64,000 nt of DNA from Heterodontus francisci. Lineage: Eukaryota. Below are positions 1 to 15,800 of this stretch, in pieces; position 1 is the stretch's first letter, and each line of letters opens with the position of its first letter. The stretch lies in contig NC_090378.1 in the NCBI RefSeq assembly GCF_036365525.1, positions 119,273,593-119,337,592 on the forward strand, written 5' to 3'. Below the pieces are notes generated by a model that was not told the origin of the DNA, ran no database searches, and saw only the letters and a list, made by a program, of their open reading frames with translations. A program made the translations under genes and the position numbers.

Positions 1-3000
1 TTATATATAACTGTGGGATGTGTCGGTGCAGGAGGTGGGACTGTGTATCCATTATTATATATTATTTTTTACCGTGGGACGTGTCAGTCCAGGAAGTGGG
101 AACGTGTATCCATTATTATATATTATATATAACTGTGGGATGTGTCGGTGCAGGAGGTGGGACTGTGTGTACATTATTATATATTATTTTTTACTGTGGG
201 ATGTGTCAGTGCAGGAGGTGGGAATGTGTATCCATTATTATATATTATATATAAATGTGGGATGTGTCAGTGCAGGAGGTGGGAATGTGTATCCATTATT
301 ATATATTATATATAACTGTGGGATGTGTCGGTGCAGGAGGTGGGACTGTGTATCCATTATTATATATTATTTTTTACTGTGGGATGTGTCGGTGCAGGAG
401 GTGGGACTGTGTATCCATTATTATATATTATTTTTTACTGTGGGATGTGTCAGTACAGGAGGTGGGAATGTGTATCCATTATTATATATTATATATTACT
501 GTGGGACGTGTCGGTGCAGGAGGTGAGACTGTGTATCCATTATTATATATTATATATAACTGTGGGATGTGTCAGTACAGGAGGTGGGACTGTGTGTCCA
601 TTATTGTATATTTTATATAACTGTGAGATGTGTCAGTACAGGAGGTGGGACTGTGTGTCCATTATTATATATTATATAAAACTGTGGGTTGTGTCAGTGC
701 AGGAGGTGGGACTGTGGTTCCATTATGATATATTATATATAACTGTGGGTTGTGTCAGTACAGGAGGTGGGACTGTGTGTCCATTATTATATATTTTATA
801 TAACTGTGAGATGTGTCAGTACAGGAGGTGGGACTGTGTGTCCATTATGATATATTATATAAAACTGTGGGTTGTGTCAGTTCAGGAGGTGGGACTGTGT
901 TTCCATTATGATATATTATATATAACTGTGGGTTGTGTCAGTACAGGAGGTGGGACTGTGTGTCCATTATTATATATTATATATAACTGTGGGACGTGTC
1001 AGTACAGGAAGTGGGAATGTGTGTCCATTGTTATATATTATTTTTTACTGTGGGATGTTTCAGTACAGGAGGTGGGAATGTGTATCCATTATTATATATT
1101 ATATGTAACTGTGGGACGTGTCAGTACAGGAAGTGGGAATGTGTATCCATTATTACATATTATATATAACTGTGGGACGTGTCAGTGCAGGAAGTGGGAC
1201 AGTGTATCCATTATTATATATTATATATAACTGTGGGATGTGTCAGTGCAGGAGGTGGGACTGTGTATCCATTATTATATATTATATATAACTGTGGGAT
1301 GTGTCAGTACAGGAGGAGGGAATGTGTGTCCATTATTGTATATTTTATATAACAGTGAGATGTGTCAGTACAGGAGGTGGGAATGTGTATCCATTATTAT
1401 ATATTATTTTTTACTGTGGGACGTGTCTGTACAGGAGGTGGAAATGTGTATCCATTACTATATATTATCTTTAACTGTGGGATGTGTCAGTGCAGGAGGT
1501 GGGACTGTGTGTCCATTATTATATATTATATATAACTGTGGGATGTGTCAGTGCAGGAGGTGGGACTGTGTATCCATTATTATATATTATTGTTTACTGT
1601 GGGATGTGTCAGTACAGAAGGTGGGAATGTGTATCCATTATTATATGTTATATATAACTGTGGGATGTGTCAGTACAGGAAGTGGGAATGTGTATCCATT
1701 ATTATATATTATATATAACTGTGGGATGTGTCAGTGCAGGAGGTGGGACTGTGTGTCCATTATTATATATTATATATAACTGTGGGACGTGTCAGTACAG
1801 GAAGTGGGAATGTGTGTCCATTGTTATATATTATTTTTTACTGTGGGATGTTTCAGTACAGGAAGTGGGAATGTGTATCCATTATTATATATTATATATA
1901 ACTGTGGGATGTGTCAGTGCAGGAGGTGGGACTGTGTGTCCATTATTATATATTATATATAACTGTGGGACGTGTCAGTACAGGAAGTGGGAATGTGTGT
2001 CCATTGTTATATATTATTTTTTACTGTGGGATGTTTCAGTACAGGAGGTGGGAATGTGTATCCATTATTATATATTATATGTAACTGTGGGACGTGTCAG
2101 TACAGGAAGTGGGAATGTGTATCCATTATTACATATTATATATAACTGTGGGACGTGTCTGTACAGGAAGTGGGAATGTGTATCCATTATTATATATTAT
2201 ATATAACTGTGGGAATTGTCAGTGCAGGAGGTGGGACTGTGTGTCCATTATTAATATTATATATAACTGTGGGATGTGTCCGTGCAGGAGGTGGGAATGT
2301 GTGTCCATTATTGTATATTTTATATAACTGTGAGATGTGTCAGGACAGGAGGTGGGACTGTGTGTCCATTATTATATATTATATATATCTGTGAGATGTG
2401 TCAGTACAGGAGGTGGGACTGTGTGTCCATTATTATATATTATATATAATTGTGGGTCGTGTCAGTACAGGATGTGGGAATGTGTATCCATTATTATATA
2501 TTATATATATCTGTGGGATGTGTCAGTGCAGGAGGTGGGACTGTGTGTCCATTACTATATATTATTTTTTGCTGTGGGATGTGTCAGTACAGGAAGTGGG
2601 AATGCGTATCCATTATAAAATATTATATATAACTGTAGGACGTGTCAGTGCAGGAAGTGGGACTGTGTGTCCATTATTATATATTATATATAACTGTGGG
2701 ATGTGTCAGTGCAGGAGGTGGGACTGTATGTCCATTATTATATATTATTTTTTACTGTGGGGTATGTCAGTTCAGGAGGTGGGACTGTCTGTCCATTATA
2801 ATATATTATATATAACTGTGGGATGTGTCAGTACAGGAGGTGGGACGGTCTGTCCATTATTATATATTATATATCACTGTGGGACGTGTCAGTACAGGAG
2901 GTGGGACTGTGTGTCCATTATTATATATTATATATAACTGTGGGATGTGTCAGTACAGGAGGTGGGACTGCGTGTCCTTTATTATATATTGTATATAACT

Positions 3001-6000
3001 GTGGGATGTGTCATACAGAAGGTGGGACTGTGTGTCCATTCATATATATTATATATAACTGTGGGACGTGTCAGTAAAGGAGGTGGGACGGTGTGTCCAT
3101 AATGATATATTATATATAACTGTGGGATGTGTCATTACAGGAAGTGGGACTGTGAGTCCATTATTATATATTATATATCACTGTGGGATGTGTCATACAG
3201 AAGGTGGGACTGTGTGTCCATTATTATATATTATATATAACTGAGGGAAGTGTCAGTACAGGAGGTGGGACTGCGTGTCCTTTATTATACATTGAAAATA
3301 ACTGTGCAAAGTGTCAGTACAGGAGGTGGGACTGTGTGTCCATTATTATATATTGAATATGACTGTGGGGTATGTCAGTTCAGGAGGTGGGACTGTCTGT
3401 CCATTATAATATATTATATATAACTGTGGGATGTGTCAGTACAGGAGGTGGGACGGTCTGTCCATTATTATATATTATATATCACTGTGGGACGTGTCAG
3501 TACAGGAGGTGGGACTGTGTGTCCATGATTATATATTATATATAACTGTGGGATGTGTCAGTACAGGAGGTGGGACTGTGTGTCCATTATTATATATTAT
3601 ATATAACTGTGGGATGTGTCATTACAGGAAGTGGGACTTTGTGTCCATTATTATATATTATATATAACTGTGGGACGTGTCAATACAGGAGGTGGGACTG
3701 TGTGTTCATTATTATATATTATATATAACTGTGGGATGTGTCAGTACAGGAGGTGGGACTGTGAGTCCATTAATATATATTATATATAAATGTGGGATGT
3801 GTCAGTACAGGAGGTGGGACTGTGTGTCCATTATTATATATTATATATAACTGTGGGATGTGTCATTACAGGAAGTGGGACTGTGTGTCCATTATTATAT
3901 ATTATATATAACTGTGGGACGTGTCAATACAGGAGGTGGGACTGTGTGTTCATTATTATATATTATATATAACTGTGGGATGTGTCAGTACAGGAGGTGG
4001 GACTGTGAGTCCATTATTATATATTATATATAACTGTGGGACGTGTCAGTACAGGAGGTGGGACTGTGTGTCCATTATTATATATTATATATAACTGTGG
4101 GATGTGTCAGTACAGGAGGTGGGACTGTGTGTCCATTATTATATATTGTATATAACTGTGGGATGTGTCAGTACAGGAGGTGGGACTGTGTGTCCATTAT
4201 TATATATTATATATAAATGTGGGATGTGTCAGGACAGGAGGTGGGAATGTGTGCCCATTATTATATATTATATATAACTGTGGGATGTGTCAGTGCAGGA
4301 GGTGGGACTGTGTGTCCTTTATTATATATTATTTTGTACTGTGGGATGTTTCAGTACAGGAGGTGGGAATGTGTATCCATTCATATATATTATATATAAC
4401 TGTGGGACGTGTCAGTGCAGGAGGTGGGACTGTGTGTCCATTATTATATATTGTATATTACTGTGGGGTATGTCAGTTCAGGAGGTGGGACTGTCTGTCC
4501 ATTATAATATATTATATATAACTGTGGGATGTGTCAGTACAGGAGGTGGGACGGTCTGTCCATTATTATATATTATATATCACTGTGGGACTTGTCAGTA
4601 CAGGAGGTGGGACTGTGTGTCCATTATTATATATTATATATAACTGTGGGATGTGTCAGTACAGGAGGTGGGACTACGTGTCCTTTATTATATATTGTAT
4701 ATAACTGTGGGATGTGTCATACAGAAGGTGGGACTGTGTGTCCATTCATATATATTATATATAACTGTGGGACGTGTCAGTAAAGGAGGTGGGACGGTGT
4801 GTCCATTATTATATATTATATATAACTGTGGGATGTGTCATTACAGGAAGTGGGACTGTGAGTCCATTATTATATATTATATATCACTGTGGGATGTGTC
4901 ATACAGAAGGTGGGACTTGTGTCCATTATTATATATTATATATAACTGAGGGAAGTGTCAGTACAGGAGGTGGGACTGCGTGTCCTTTATTATACATTGA
5001 AAATAACTGTGCAAAGTGTCAGTACAGGAGGTGGGACTGCGTGTCCTTTATTATACAATGTATATAACTGTGGGAAGTGTCATACAGAAGGTGGGACTGT
5101 GTGTCCATTCATATATATTATATATAACTGTGGGACGTGTCAGTAAAGGAGGTGGGACGGTGTGTCCATTATTATATATTATATATAACTGTGGGATATG
5201 TCATGACAGGAGGTGGGACTGTGTGTCCATTATTATATATTGTATATGACTGTGGGGTATGTCAGTTAAGGAGGTGGGACTGTCTGTCCATTATAATATA
5301 TTATATATAACTGTGGGATGTGTCAGTACAGGAGGTGGGACGGTCTGTCCATTATTATATATTATATATCACTGTGGGACGTGTCAGTACAGGAGGTGGG
5401 ACTGTGTGTCCATGATTATATATTATATATAACTGTGGGATGTGTCAGTACAGGAGGTGGGACTGTGTGTCCATTATTATATATTATATATAACTGTGGG
5501 ATGTGTCATTACAGGAAGTGGGACTGTGTGTCCATTATTATATATTATATATAACTGTGGGACGTGTCAATACAGGAGGTGGGACTGTGTCTTCATTATT
5601 ATATATTATATATAACTGTGGGATGTGTCAGTACAGGAGGTGGGACTGTGAGTCCATTAATATATATTATATATAACTGTGGGATGTGTCAGTACAGGAG
5701 GTGGGACTGTGTGTCCATTATTATATATTATATATAACTGTGGGATGTGTCATTACAGGAAGTGGGACTGTGTGTCCATTATTATATATTATATATAACT
5801 GTGGGACGTGTCAGTACAGGAGGTGGGACTGTGTGTCAATTATTATATATTATTTTTTGCTGTGGGATGTGTCAGGACAGGAGGTGGGAATGTGTGTCCA
5901 TTATTATATATTATATATAACTGTGGGATGTGTCAGTGCAGGAGGTGGGACTGTGTGCCCATTATTATATATTATATATAACTGTGGGATGTGTCAGTAC

Positions 6001-6600
6001 AGGAGGTGGGACTGTGTGTCCATTATTATATATTATATATAACTGTGGGATGTGTCAGTGCAGGAGGTGGGACTGTGTGTCCATTATTATATATTATTTT
6101 TTACTGTGGGATGTTTCAGTAAAGGAGGTGGGAATGTGCATCCATTATTATATATTATATAAAACTGTGGGACGTGTCAGTACGGGAGGTGGGACTGTGT
6201 GTCCATTATTATATATTATATATAACTGTGGGACGTGTCAGGACAGGCGGTGGGACTATATGTCCATTATTGTATATTATATATAAATGTGAGATGTGTC
6301 AGTACAGGAGGTGGGACTGTGTGTCAATTATTATATAATATTTTTTACTGTGGGATGTGTTAGGACAGGAGGTGGGAATGTGTGCCCATTATTATATATT
6401 GTATATAACTGTGGGATGTGTCAGTACAGGAGGTGGGACTGTGTGTCCATTCATATATATTATATATAACTGTGGGACGTGTCAGTACAGGAGGTGGGAC
6501 TGTGTGTCAATTATTATATATTATTTTTTACTGTGGGATGTGTCAGGACAGGAGGTGGGAATGTGCGTCCATTATTATATATTATATATAACTGTGGGAT
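1..6600. repeat. Diverged (older) satellite layer, left edge
   Basis: High density of variants: GGGACT instead of GGGAAT, mostly GGAGG, CAGTGC/CGGTGC, TATTTTTTACT, TGTGAGAT, GGGTTGTG, 60-bp TCATACAGAAGG monomers. Boundary approximate. Confidence 0.85.
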
Positions 6601-7024
6601 GTGTCAGTACAGGAAGTGGGAATGTGTATCCAATATTATATATTATATATAACTGTGGGATGTTTCAGTACAGGAGGTGGGAATGTGTGTCCATTATTAT
6701 ATATTATATATAACTGTGCGACGTGTCAGTACAGGTTGTGGGAATGTGTGTCCATTATTATATATTAATATATAACTGTGGGATGTTTCAGTACAGGAAG
6801 TGGGAATGTGTATCCATTATTATATATTATATATAACTGTGGGATGTTTCAGTACAGGAGGTGGGAATGTGTGTCCATTATTATATATTATATATAACTG
6901 TGGGATGTGTCAGTACAGGAAGTGGGAATGTGTATCCATTATTATATATTATACTTAACTGTGGGATGTGTCAGTACAGGAAGTGGGAATGTGTATCCAT
7001 TATTATATATTATATATAACTGTG

Positions 7025-10000
7025 GGATGTTTCAGTACAGGAGGTGGGAATATGTGTCCATTATTATATATTATATCTCACTGTGGGATGTGTCAGTACA
7101 GGAAGTGGGAATGTGTATCCATTATTATATGTAATATATAACTGTGGGATGTGTCAGTACAGGAAGTGGGAATGTGTATCCATTATTATATCTTATATAT
7201 AACTGTGGGATGTGTCAGTACAGGAAGTGGGAATGTGTATCCATTATTATATGTAATATATAACTGTGGGATGTGTCAGTACAGGAAGTGGGAATGTGTA
7301 TCCATTATTATATCTTATATATAACTGTGGGATGTGTCAGTACAGGAAGTGGGAATGTGTATCCATTATTATATATTATATATAACTGTGGGACGTGTCA
7401 GTACAGGATGTGGGAATGTGTATCCATTATTATATATTATATTTAACTGTGGGATGTGTCAGTACAGGAAGTGGGAATGTGTATCCATTATTATATATTA
7501 TATATAACTGTGGGATGTGTCAGTACAGGAAGTGGGAATGTGTATCCATTATTATATATTATATTTAACTGTGGGATGTGTCAGTACAGGAAGTGGGAAT
7601 GTGTATCCATTATTATATATTATATATAACTGTGGGATGTGTCAGTACAGGAAGTGGGAATGTGTATCCATTATTATATATTATATTTAACTGTGGGATG
7701 TGTCAGTACAGGAAGTGGGAATGTGTATCCATTATTATATATTATATATAACTGTGGGATGTGTCAGTACAGGAAGTGGGAATGTGTATCCATTATTATA
7801 TATTATATATAACTGTGGGATGTGTCAGTACAGGAAGTGGGAATGTGTATCCATTATTATATATTATATTTAACTGTGGGATGTGTCAGTACAGGAAGTG
7901 GGAATGTGTATCCATTATTATATATTATATATAACTGTGGGATGTGTCAGTACAGGAAGTGGGAATGTGTATCCATTATTATATATTATATATAACTGTG
8001 GGACGTGTCAGTACAGGAGGTGGGACTGTGTGTCAATTATTATACATTATTTTTTACTGTGGGATGTGTCAGGACAGGAGGTGGGAATGTGTGCCCATTA
8101 TTATATATTATATATAATTGTGGGATGTGTCAGTACAGGAGGTGGGACTGTGTGTCCATTATTATATATTATTTTTTACTGTGGGATGTGTCAGGACAGG
8201 AGGTGGGAATGTGCGTCCATTATTATATATTATATATAACTGTGGGATGTGTCAGTACAGGAAGTGGGAATGTGTATCCAATATTATATATTATATATAA
8301 CTGTGGGATGTTTCAGTACAGGAGGTGGGAATGTGTGTCCATTACTATATATTATATATAACTGTGCGACGTGTCAGTACAGGTTGTGGGAATGTGTATC
8401 CATTATTATATATTAATATATAACTGTGGGATGTTTCAGTACAGGAAGTGGGAATGTGTATCCATTATTATATATTATATATAACTGTGGGATGTTTCAG
8501 TACAGGAGGTGGGAATGTGTGTCCATTATTATATATTATATATAACTGTGGGATGTGTCAGTACAGGAAGTGGGAATGTGTATCCATTATTATATATTAT
8601 ACTTAACTGTGGGATGTGTCAGTACAGGAAGTGGGAATGTGTATCCATTATTATATATTATATATAACTGTGGGATGTTTCAGTACAGGAGGTGGGAATA
8701 TGTGTCCATTATTATATATTATATATAACTGTGGGATGTGTCAGTACAGGAATTGGGAATGTGTATCCATTATTATATGTAATATATAACTGTGGGATGT
8801 GTCAGTACAGGAAGTGGGAATGTGTATCCATTATTATATCTTATATATAACTGTGGGATGTGTCAGTACAGGAAGTGGGAATGTGTATCCATTATTATAT
8901 GTAATATATAACTGTGGGATGTGTCAGTACAGGAAGTGGGAATGTGTATCCATTATTATATCTTATATATAACTGTGGGATGTGTCAGTACAGGAAGTGG
9001 GAATGTGTATCCATTATTATATATTATATATAACTGTGGGACGTGTCAGTACAGGATGTGGGAATGTGTATCCATTATTATATATTATATTTAACTGTGG
9101 GATGTGTCAGTACAGGAAGTGGGAATGTGTATCCATTATTATATATTATATATAACTGTGGGATGTGTCAGTACAGGAAGTGGGAATGTGTATCCATTAT
9201 TATATATTATATTTAACTGTGGGATGTGTCAGTACAGGAAGTGGGAATGTGTATCCATTATTATATATTATATATAACTGTGGGATGTGTCAGTACAGGA
9301 AGTGGGAATGTGTATCCATTATTATATATTATATATAACTGTGGGATGTGTCAGTACAGGAAGTGGGAATGTGTATCCATTATTATATATTATATATAAC
9401 TGTGGGATGTTTCAGTACAGGAGGTGGGAATGTGTGTCCATTATTATATATTATATATAACTGTGGGATGTGTCAGTACAGGAAGTGGGAATGTGTATCC
9501 ATTATTATATATTATATTTAACTGTGGGATGTGTCAGTACAGGAAGTGGGAATGTGTATCCATTATTATATATTATATATAACTGTGGGATGTTTCAGTA
9601 CAGGAGGTGGGAATGTGTGTCCATTATTATATATTATATATAACTGTGGGATGTGTCAGTACAGGAAGTGGGAATGTGTATCCATTATTATATATTATAT
9701 ATAACTGTGGGATGTGTCAGTACAGGAAGTGGGAATGTGTTTCCATTATTATATATTATATATAACTGTGGGATGTTTCAGTACAGGAGGTGGGAATGTG
9801 TGTCCATTATTATATATTATATATAACTGTGGGATGTGTCAGTACAGGAAGTGGGAATGTGTATCCATTATTATATATTATGTATAACTGTGGGATGTGT
9901 CAGGACAGGAAGTGGGAATGTGTATCCATTATTATATATCATATATAACTGAGGGATGTTTCAGTACAGGAGGTGGGAATATGTGTCCATTATTATATAT

Positions 10001-12882
10001 TATATCTCACTGTGGGATGTGTCAGTACAGGAAGTGGGAATGTGTATCCATTATTATATGTAATATATAACTGTGGGATGTGTCAGTACAGGAAGTGGGA
10101 ATGTGTATCCATTATTATATCTTATATATAACTGTGGGATGTGTCAGTACAGGAAGTGGGAATGTGTATCCATTATTATATGTAATATATAACTGTGGGA
10201 TGTGTCAGTACAGGAAGTGGGAATGTGTATCCATTATTATATCTTATATATAACTGTGGGATGTGTCAGTACAGGAAGTGGGAATGTGTATCCATTATTA
10301 TATATTATATATAACTGTGGGACGTGTCAGTACAGGATGTGGGAATGTGTATCCATTATTATATATTATATTTAACTGTGGGATGTGTCAGTACAGGAAG
10401 TGGGAATGTGTATCCATTATTATATATTATATATAACTGTGGGATGTGTCAGTACAGGAAGTGGGAATGTGTATCCATTATTATATATTATATTTAACTG
10501 TGGGATGTGTCAGTACAGGAAGTGGGAATGTGTATCCATTATTATATATTATATATAACTGTGGGATGTGTCAGTACAGGAAGTGGGAATGTGTATCCAT
10601 TATTATATATTATATTTAACTGTGGGATGTGTCAGTACAGGAAGTGGGAATGTGTATCCATTATTATATATTATATATAACTGTGGGATGTGTCAGTACA
10701 GGAAGTGGGAATGTGTATCCATTATTATATATTATATATAACTGTGGGATGTGTCAGTACAGGAAGTGGGAATGTGTATCCATTATTATATATTATATTT
10801 AACTGTGGGATGTGTCAGTACAGGAAGTGGGAATGTGTATCCATTATTATATATTATATATAACTGTGGGATGTGTCAGTACAGGAAGTGGGAATGTGTA
10901 TCCATTATTATATATTATATATAACTGTGGGACGTGTCAGTACAGGAGGTGGGACTGTGTGTCAATTATTATACATTATTTTTTACTGTGGGATGTGTCA
11001 GGACAGGAGGTGGGAATGTGTGCCCATTATTATATATTATATATAATTGTGGGATGTGTCAGTACAGGAGGTGGGACTGTGTGTCCATTATTATATATTA
11101 TTTTTTACTGTGGGATGTGTCAGGACAGGAGGTGGGAATGTGCGTCCATTATTATATATTATATATAACTGTGGGATGTGTCAGTACAGGAAGTGGGAAT
11201 GTGTATCCAATATTATATATTATATATAACTGTGGGATGTTTCAGTACAGGAGGTGGGAATGTGTGTCCATTACTATATATTATATATAACTGTGCGACG
11301 TGTCAGTACAGGTTGTGGGAATGTGTATCCATTATTATATATTAATATATAACTGTGGGATGTTTCAGTACAGGAAGTGGGAATGTGTATCCATTATTAT
11401 ATATTATATATAACTGTGGGATGTTTCAGTACAGGAGGTGGGAATGTGTGTCCATTATTATATATTATATATAACTGTGGGATGTGTCAGTACAGGAAGT
11501 GGGAATGTGTATCCATTATTATATATTATACTTAACTGTGGGATGTGTCAGTACAGGAAGTGGGAATGTGTATCCATTATTATATATTATATATAACTGT
11601 GGGATGTTTCAGTACAGGAGGTGGGAATATGTGTCCATTATTATATATTATATATAACTGTGGGATGTGTCAGTACAGGAATTGGGAATGTGTATCCATT
11701 ATTATATGTAATATATAACTGTGGGATGTGTCAGTACAGGAAGTGGGAATGTGTATCCATTATTATATCTTATATATAACTGTGGGATGTGTCAGTACAG
11801 GAAGTGGGAATGTGTATCCATTATTATATGTAATATATAACTGTGGGATGTGTCAGTACAGGAAGTGGGAATGTGTATCCATTATTATATCTTATATATA
11901 ACTGTGGGATGTGTCAGTACAGGAAGTGGGAATGTGTATCCATTATTATATATTATATATAACTGTGGGACGTGTCAGTACAGGATGTGGGAATGTGTAT
12001 CCATTATTATATATTATATTTAACTGTGGGATGTGTCAGTACAGGAAGTGGGAATGTGTATCCATTATTATATATTATATATAACTGTGGGATGTGTCAG
12101 TACAGGAAGTGGGAATGTGTATCCATTATTATATATTATATTTAACTGTGGGATGTGTCAGTACAGGAAGTGGGAATGTGTATCCATTATTATATATTAT
12201 ATATAACTGTGGGATGTGTCAGTACAGGAAGTGGGAATGTGTATCCATTATTATATATTATATATAACTGTGGGATGTGTCAGTACAGGAAGTGGGAATG
12301 TGTATCCATTATTATATATTATATATAACTGTGGGATGTTTCAGTACAGGAGGTGGGAATGTGTGTCCATTATTATATATTATATATAACTGTGGGATGT
12401 GTCAGTACAGGAAGTGGGAATGTGTATCCATTATTATATATTATATTTAACTGTGGGATGTGTCAGTACAGGAAGTGGGAATGTGTATCCATTATTATAT
12501 ATTATATATAACTGTGGGATGTTTCAGTACAGGAGGTGGGAATGTGTGTCCATTATTATATATTATATATAACTGTGGGATGTGTCAGTACAGGAAGTGG
12601 GAATGTGTATCCATTATTATATATTATATATAACTGTGGGATGTGTCAGTACAGGAAGTGGGAATGTGTTTCCATTATTATATATTATATATAACTGTGG
12701 GATGTTTCAGTACAGGAGGTGGGAATGTGTGTCCATTATTATATATTATATATAACTGTGGGATGTGTCAGTACAGGAAGTGGGAATGTGTATCCATTAT
12801 TATATATTATGTATAACTGTGGGATGTGTCAGGACAGGAAGTGGGAATGTGTATCCATTATTATATATCATATATAACTGAG
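7025..12882. repeat. Recent near-identical tandem duplication, unit 2929 bp (48 monomers + 1 bp)
   Basis: Private variants repeat at offset 2929: ATCTCAC (7077/10006), ACTGAGGG (9952/12881), and identical ORF-track peptides at 7883/10812, 8005/10934, 8118/11047. Confidence 0.9.
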
Positions 12883-15800
12883 GGATGTTTCAGTACAGGA
12901 GGTGGGAATATGTGTCCATTATTATATATTATATATAACTGTGGGATGTGTCAGTACAGGAAGTGGGAATGTGTATCCATTATTATATATTATATATAAC
13001 TGTGGGATGTTTCAGTACAGGAGGTGGGAATGTGTGTCCATTATTATATATTATTTATAACTGTGCGATGTGTCAGTACAGGAAGTGGGAATGTGTATCC
13101 ATTATTATATATTATATATAACTGTGGGATGTTTCAATACAGGAGGTGGGAATGTGTGTCCATTATTATATATTATATATAACTGTGGGATGTGTCAGTA
13201 CAGGAAGTGGGAATGTGTATCCATTATTATATATTATATATAACTGTGGGATGTGTCAGTACAGCAAGTGGGAATGTGTATCCATTATTATATCTTATAT
13301 ATAACTGTGGGACGTGTCAGTACAGGATGTGGGAATGTGTATCCATTATTATATATTATATATAACTGTGGGATGTGTCAGTACAGGAGGTGGGAATGTC
13401 TATCCATTATTATATACTATATATAACTGTGGGACGTGTCAGTACAGGAAGTGGGAATGTGTATCCATTATTATATATTATATATAACTGTGGGATGTGT
13501 CAGTACAGGAAGTGGGAATGTGTATCCATTATTATATATTATATATAACTGTGGGATGTGTCAGTACAGGAAGTGGGAATGTGTATCCATTATTATATAT
13601 TATATATAACTGTGGGATGTTTCAGTACAGGAGGTGGGAATGTGTGTCCATTATTATATATTATATATAACTGTGGGATGTGTCAGTACAGGAAGTGGGA
13701 ATGTGTATCCATTATTATATATTATATTTAACTGTGGGATGTGTCAGTACAGGAAGTGGGAATGTGTATCCATTATTATATATTATATATAACTGTGGGA
13801 TGTTTCAGTACAGGAGGTGGGAATGTGTGTCCATTATTATATATTATATATAACTGTGGGATGTGTCAGTACAGGAAGTGGGAATGTGTATCCATTATTA
13901 TATATTATATATAACTGTGGGATGTGTCAGTACAGGAAGTGGGAATGTGTTTCCATTATTATATATTATATATAACTGTGGGATGTTTCAGTACAGGAGG
14001 TGGGAATGTGTGTCCATTATTATATATTATATATAACTGTGGGATGTGTCAGTACAGGAAGTGGGAATGTGTATCCATTATTATATATTATATATAACTG
14101 TGGGATGTGTCAGTACAGGAAGTGGGAATGTGTATCCATTATTATATATTATATATAACTGTGGGATGTTTCAGTACAGGAGGTGGGAATATGTGTCCAT
14201 TATTATATATTATATATAACTGTGGGATGTGTCAGTACAGGAAGTGGGAATGTGTATCCATTATTATATATTATATATAACTGTGGGATGTTTCAGTACA
14301 GGAGGTGGGAATGTGTGTCCATTATTATATATTATATATAACTGTGGGATGTGTCAGTACAGGAAGTGGGAATGTGTATCCATTATTATATCTTATATAT
14401 AACTGTGGGATGTGTCAGTACAGGAAGTGGGAATGTGTATCCATTATTATATATTATATATAACTGTGGGACATGTCAGTACAGGATGTGGGAATGTGTA
14501 TCCATTATTATATATTATATATAACTGTGGGATGTGTCAGTACAGGAGGTGGGAATGTGTATCCATTATTATATACTATATATAACTGTGGGACGTGTCA
14601 GTACAGGAAGTGGGAATGTGTATCCATTATTATATATTATATATAACTGTCGGATGTGTCAGTACAGGAAGTGGGAATGTGTATCCATTATTATATATTA
14701 TATATAACTGTGGGATGTGTCAGTACAGGAAGTGGGAATGTGTATCCATTATTATATATTATATATAACTGGGATGTTTCAGTACAGGAGGTGGGAATGT
14801 GTGTCCATTATTATATATTATATATAACTGTGGGATGTGTCAGTACAGGAAGTGGGAATGTGTATCCATTATTATATATTATATTTAACTGTGGGATGTG
14901 TCAGTACAGGAGGTGGGAATGTGTATCCATTATTATATATTTTATATAACTGTGGGATGTTTCAGTACAGGAGGTGGGAATGTGTGTCCATTATTATATA
15001 TTATATATAACTGTGGGATGTGTCAGTACAGGAGGTGGGAATGTGTGTCCATTATTATATATTATATATAACTGTGGGATGTGTCAGTACAGGAAGTGGG
15101 AATGTGTATCCATTATTATATATTATATATAACTGTGGGATGTGTCAGTACAGGAAGTGGGAATGTGTATCCATTATTATATATTATATATAACTGTGGG
15201 ATGTGTCAGTACAGGAAGTGGGAATGTGTATCCATCATTATATATTATATATAACTGTGGGATGTGTCAGTACTGGAAGTGGGAATGTGTATCCATTATT
15301 ATATATTATATATAACTGTGGGATGTTTCAGTACAGGAGGTGGGAATGTGTGTCCATTATTATATATTATATATAACTGTGGGATGTGTCAGTACAGGAA
15401 GTGGGAATGTGTATCCATTATTATATATTATATATAACTGTGGGATGTTTCAGTACAGGAGGTTGGAATGTGTGTCCATTATTATATATTATATATAACT
15501 GTGGGATGTGTCAGTACAGGAAGTGGGAATGTGTATCCATTATTATATATTATATATAACTGTGGGATGTGTCAGTACAGGAAGTGGGAATGTGTATCCA
15601 TTATTATATATTATATATAACTGTGGGATGTTTCAGTACAGGATGTGGGAATGTGTGTCCATTATTATATATTATATATAACTGTGGGATGTGTCAGTAC
15701 AGGAAGTGGGAAGGTGTATCCATTATTATATATTATATATAACTGTGGGATGTGTCAGTACAGGAAGTGGGAATGTGTATCCATTATAATATATTATATA

